From Camelus ferus (Eukaryota): a stretch of 64,000 bases of DNA. Below the pieces are notes generated by a model. The model had not been told where the DNA came from. It searched no databases and worked only from the letters and a program-made list of their open reading frames with translations. Below, piece by piece: positions 61,516 through 64,000 of this stretch (the stretch's first letter is position 1; each line of letters opens with the position of its first letter). The position numbers were made by a program, and so were the translations under genes. The DNA lies in the NCBI RefSeq assembly GCF_009834535.1, contig NC_045712.1, positions 24,738,001 through 24,802,000 on the forward strand. The letters run 5' to 3'.

Positions 61516-61919
61516 TCTGCCCCAAGGATCCCTTGAGCACTCCTCAAGGTCCCCAAGTCTTTCTTGTGATGTCAGCTGCTGAGGATGGTGACTGGCCCCA
61601 GCTGGGTGTAGATGGAGAAGTCACAGGCTCTGGCTCCTCAACATGGCTCTGGTCCTCAGGTGTGGCTGTCACCCTGGAATAGGGAAGGAGAACCGGGAGA
61701 GTAGCTGAGCCTTGTATGACTCACCGCTCTCTGACCTGTTGCCTGAGAAAGGGCATGCTCTTGCTCTGTTACCTCCTTGACTCCATTTTAGCCCCTCACC
61801 CATCTATTTGATTCTTCTCATCTTGGCCAGTGATGTTTTCTTCACATCTTTGGCTGAAGTGATCTGAACCCATTGCTCAGTCCCTATTAATAAATGGGCC
61901 GGTGTGGATCAGGGCCCAG

Positions 61920-62060
61920 GCTTGGGGGTTAGACAGATCTACTTAACCCAGCAGGTGTGACTTTGGGAAAGTCATTACTTCTGAGTTTCAGTTTCCTCAT
62001 CCTTGAAATGGGGAAAATAACACCAGCTCCATGGCAAGCAGTGCATCAGTCAATGAATGT
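61920..62060 (+). mobile_element. MIR SINE (HEMK1 intron 1)
   Basis: gtgtgactttgggaaagtcattacttctgagtttcagtttcctcatccttgaaatggggaaaataac. Confidence 0.75.
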
Positions 62061-62479
62061 CAAGGACCTAGGAGCCAGCTCAACACAGAGGGACTCAATG
62101 TTGCACGCTTTTAACAATACTACTAAGGGGAGGAGACTGCCTTTGCTTGGGAGCTTTGCTTCGGACATTTTGCACGTACTGTCATTGATTTATATGCTGG
62201 AAATCCCCTCCCCCACCATTTAACCCATAATTCTAAACATTAGCCAAAAATGCCACCTAAAAACTGACAATTTTTGTTAATTTTATATTTAAGTTATCAC
62301 AAACAAATTTAACTGAAGATTTTAAATCAGTGGTCTCCTTTCCTTTCACAGAGACCAAGCTTGGTTCAAACTAGCCTTTACTGAACACCTGCTAGGTGGT
62401 GCCACATCTTCAGGGACAAGCAGAGAAGAAAAGGAGACTCCGAGAGGAAAGTAACTTGCCCAACGTCACCAACTAGGAA

Positions 62480-63300
62480 CGGTCCCAGGCAAGACCCAAG
62501 TCCTTCGCACTCCAGAGACGGCTCTGTCCACCAGAGCGCTGCCTCGAGAGGCCCGAAGTCACGGGTGCAGTTTCCCTCAGTTTCGCACAGTATCGTTGAC
62601 ACAGGCGAGGTCGCCTCTCCCCAGGCCTGTTTTTCCAACTGCACACGGGGAAAGGGGGGTCTCGAGTGTGTTCCTCATACTTGCCTGAAGCGTTACCTCA
62701 CTCGACTAAAGAAATTGCCGCGGGCTCGTTTCCCGGACGTGCGTGGGCCGCGGTGAGCTCCTTCCGACGCCCCGCTTCCGGGATCGGCGCAGCTGAGCGA
62801 GGGCTCGGGCGGATCCCGTCACCCAGCTCCAGGGTTCCTAGAGCCGCTGCGTTCCACCTCGGAAGCCCCAGCGGGCGGGTGAGGGAGGACATGAACGCCA
62901 TGCCCACTATGCCTGCAGGCCCACGGGTGGGAAAGCGTGTGTTGTGTCTAGGGTTGCTCCCCGAGGGCTCTGAACGGACAGTCTTCCTGAAAGTCACAGC
63001 ATGGACAGGGCTCCAGCCTGCGGTGGCTTCTCCGAGACGGCGTTTTGGGTACCCGGATGGGGAGGTGTGTAGCCAGCTCAAATCCAGGCGTATCAACAGC
63101 CGCCCTGGGTTCGAGAATTGGGGCGCGAGACCCAGCGGCGTGGCCTAACGTAGTCTGTATGTCGAGAGGGCCGCACTGGGGCGGGTCCCACGGTGGGGGG
63201 TGGGTACCAATTTGGGGGGAGGGACCCAGCGTCCAGGACTTGAGGTCCAGGTGGTTGGTGACTGGACATCAGGGCCGCTCTTGACCCTTCAGCTCCCGTT
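62480..63300. promoter_or_regulatory. CpG island / HEMK1 promoter (probably shared with C3orf18, which by synteny should start beyond the right edge)
   Basis: Dense CpG. No C3orf18 coding sequence is recognisable inside the window. Confidence 0.8.
62697..62800 (-). other. HEMK1: Probable HEMK1 non-coding exon 1 (5' end approximate)
   Basis: Donor GAG|gtaacg at 62697/62696 inside the CpG island, next to an ETS motif (CCGGAAGC on minus, about 62773-62780). Confidence 0.6.
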
Positions 63301-64000
63301 TAGGTTTGGAGCAGGGAGCTCGAAACTGGAGGTAGTAGACCATGGTTTGAAGTCTGATTCGTCGGGAGATTTTGTCCAGGTGCAACTCTGTGAGCCTCAG
63401 TTGCTCCTTTAAAAGTCATGATAGTGTCCCGCGAAGTGTGGTCTGCTAATGCTACCCCTTTGCCCTCGAATCTATTAACTAAATCACTGTTAACTAAACT
63501 ACTATTAAACATACGGTTTCTCGGGATCCGTCCCAGACTGGAGGGTCTGTATTTGTTAACAAGCTATTCGGGTGATCCCCATAAGCGTCTTTGAAAACCT
63601 GAGGATTATTAGAAGGTATCTGAAGGCTCCTCCCCAGAGATGATTACGCTTTGGATAGAGGGGTGTATGTAGGCTTGCCTGGGTCCAGGTGACCAATATA
63701 TCACTCCAGTAATAATACCATCCCGCCCCAACTTCTCTAAAGATGCTCCATTTCTGTCCCGGAGTGGGTGTCGTTTATTAAGAGCCCTCATACCAGAGCC
63801 CATCTAAGCTGGAAGCTGAGATCCATGGGGACAGAAGCATCTTGCTCTAGGTCACAAAGCTAGTGGTGGGTCGAGCCAGAGTTCGACGCAGGCTCAAAGA
63901 CTTCCAGTCTAGTGTTCTCCCCAAACCTGCGTCCACCTGCGTTTGGGGAGCGGGAGTCTGTCCTGGAGGAGGTGGAGCTAGGGCTAGCAGGAGGCCGGAG

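Noticed and set aside
62666-63412. ORFs in the HEMK1 CpG island as a possible C3orf18 start
   Set aside because: No resemblance to C3orf18 protein that I can recognise. By synteny its coding exons should lie beyond the window.

Overview
Mammalian genomic DNA (placental, not human; protein lengths suggest a laurasiatherian, which is an inference), matching the MAPKAPK3-CISH-HEMK1 block of human 3p21.3 in reverse orientation. Contents: (1) the 5' part of MAPKAPK3 on the minus strand (non-coding exon 1, coding exons at 18643-18867 and 915-1054, gene continuing off the left edge); (2) the complete CISH gene on the plus strand (3 coding exons, 254 aa, four-site STAT5 promoter, AU-rich element, polyA signal); (3) the complete HEMK1 gene on the minus strand (10 coding exons, 352 aa); (4) three CpG islands and many ancient repeats (MIR, L2, L1M, MLT1D, ERVL-type LTRs, Tigger4). 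I recognised no young lineage-specific SINE. I found no new protein-coding system, and the other ORFs in the track look spurious. The best observations are a dense STAT5-site cluster 7-8 kb downstream of CISH that reuses the promoter 9-mers, a young 169-bp inverted duplication (167/169 identical) between the MAPKAPK3 and CISH promoters, a convergent pair of CTCF-like motifs bracketing CISH and that cluster, and three single-base changes at conserved positions of HEMK1 (lost first ATG, PRPET to PRRET, stop loss adding 19 aa). Comparisons with human, cattle or bacterial proteins and repeat-family names come from my recollection and were not computed. Repeat boundaries are approximate.
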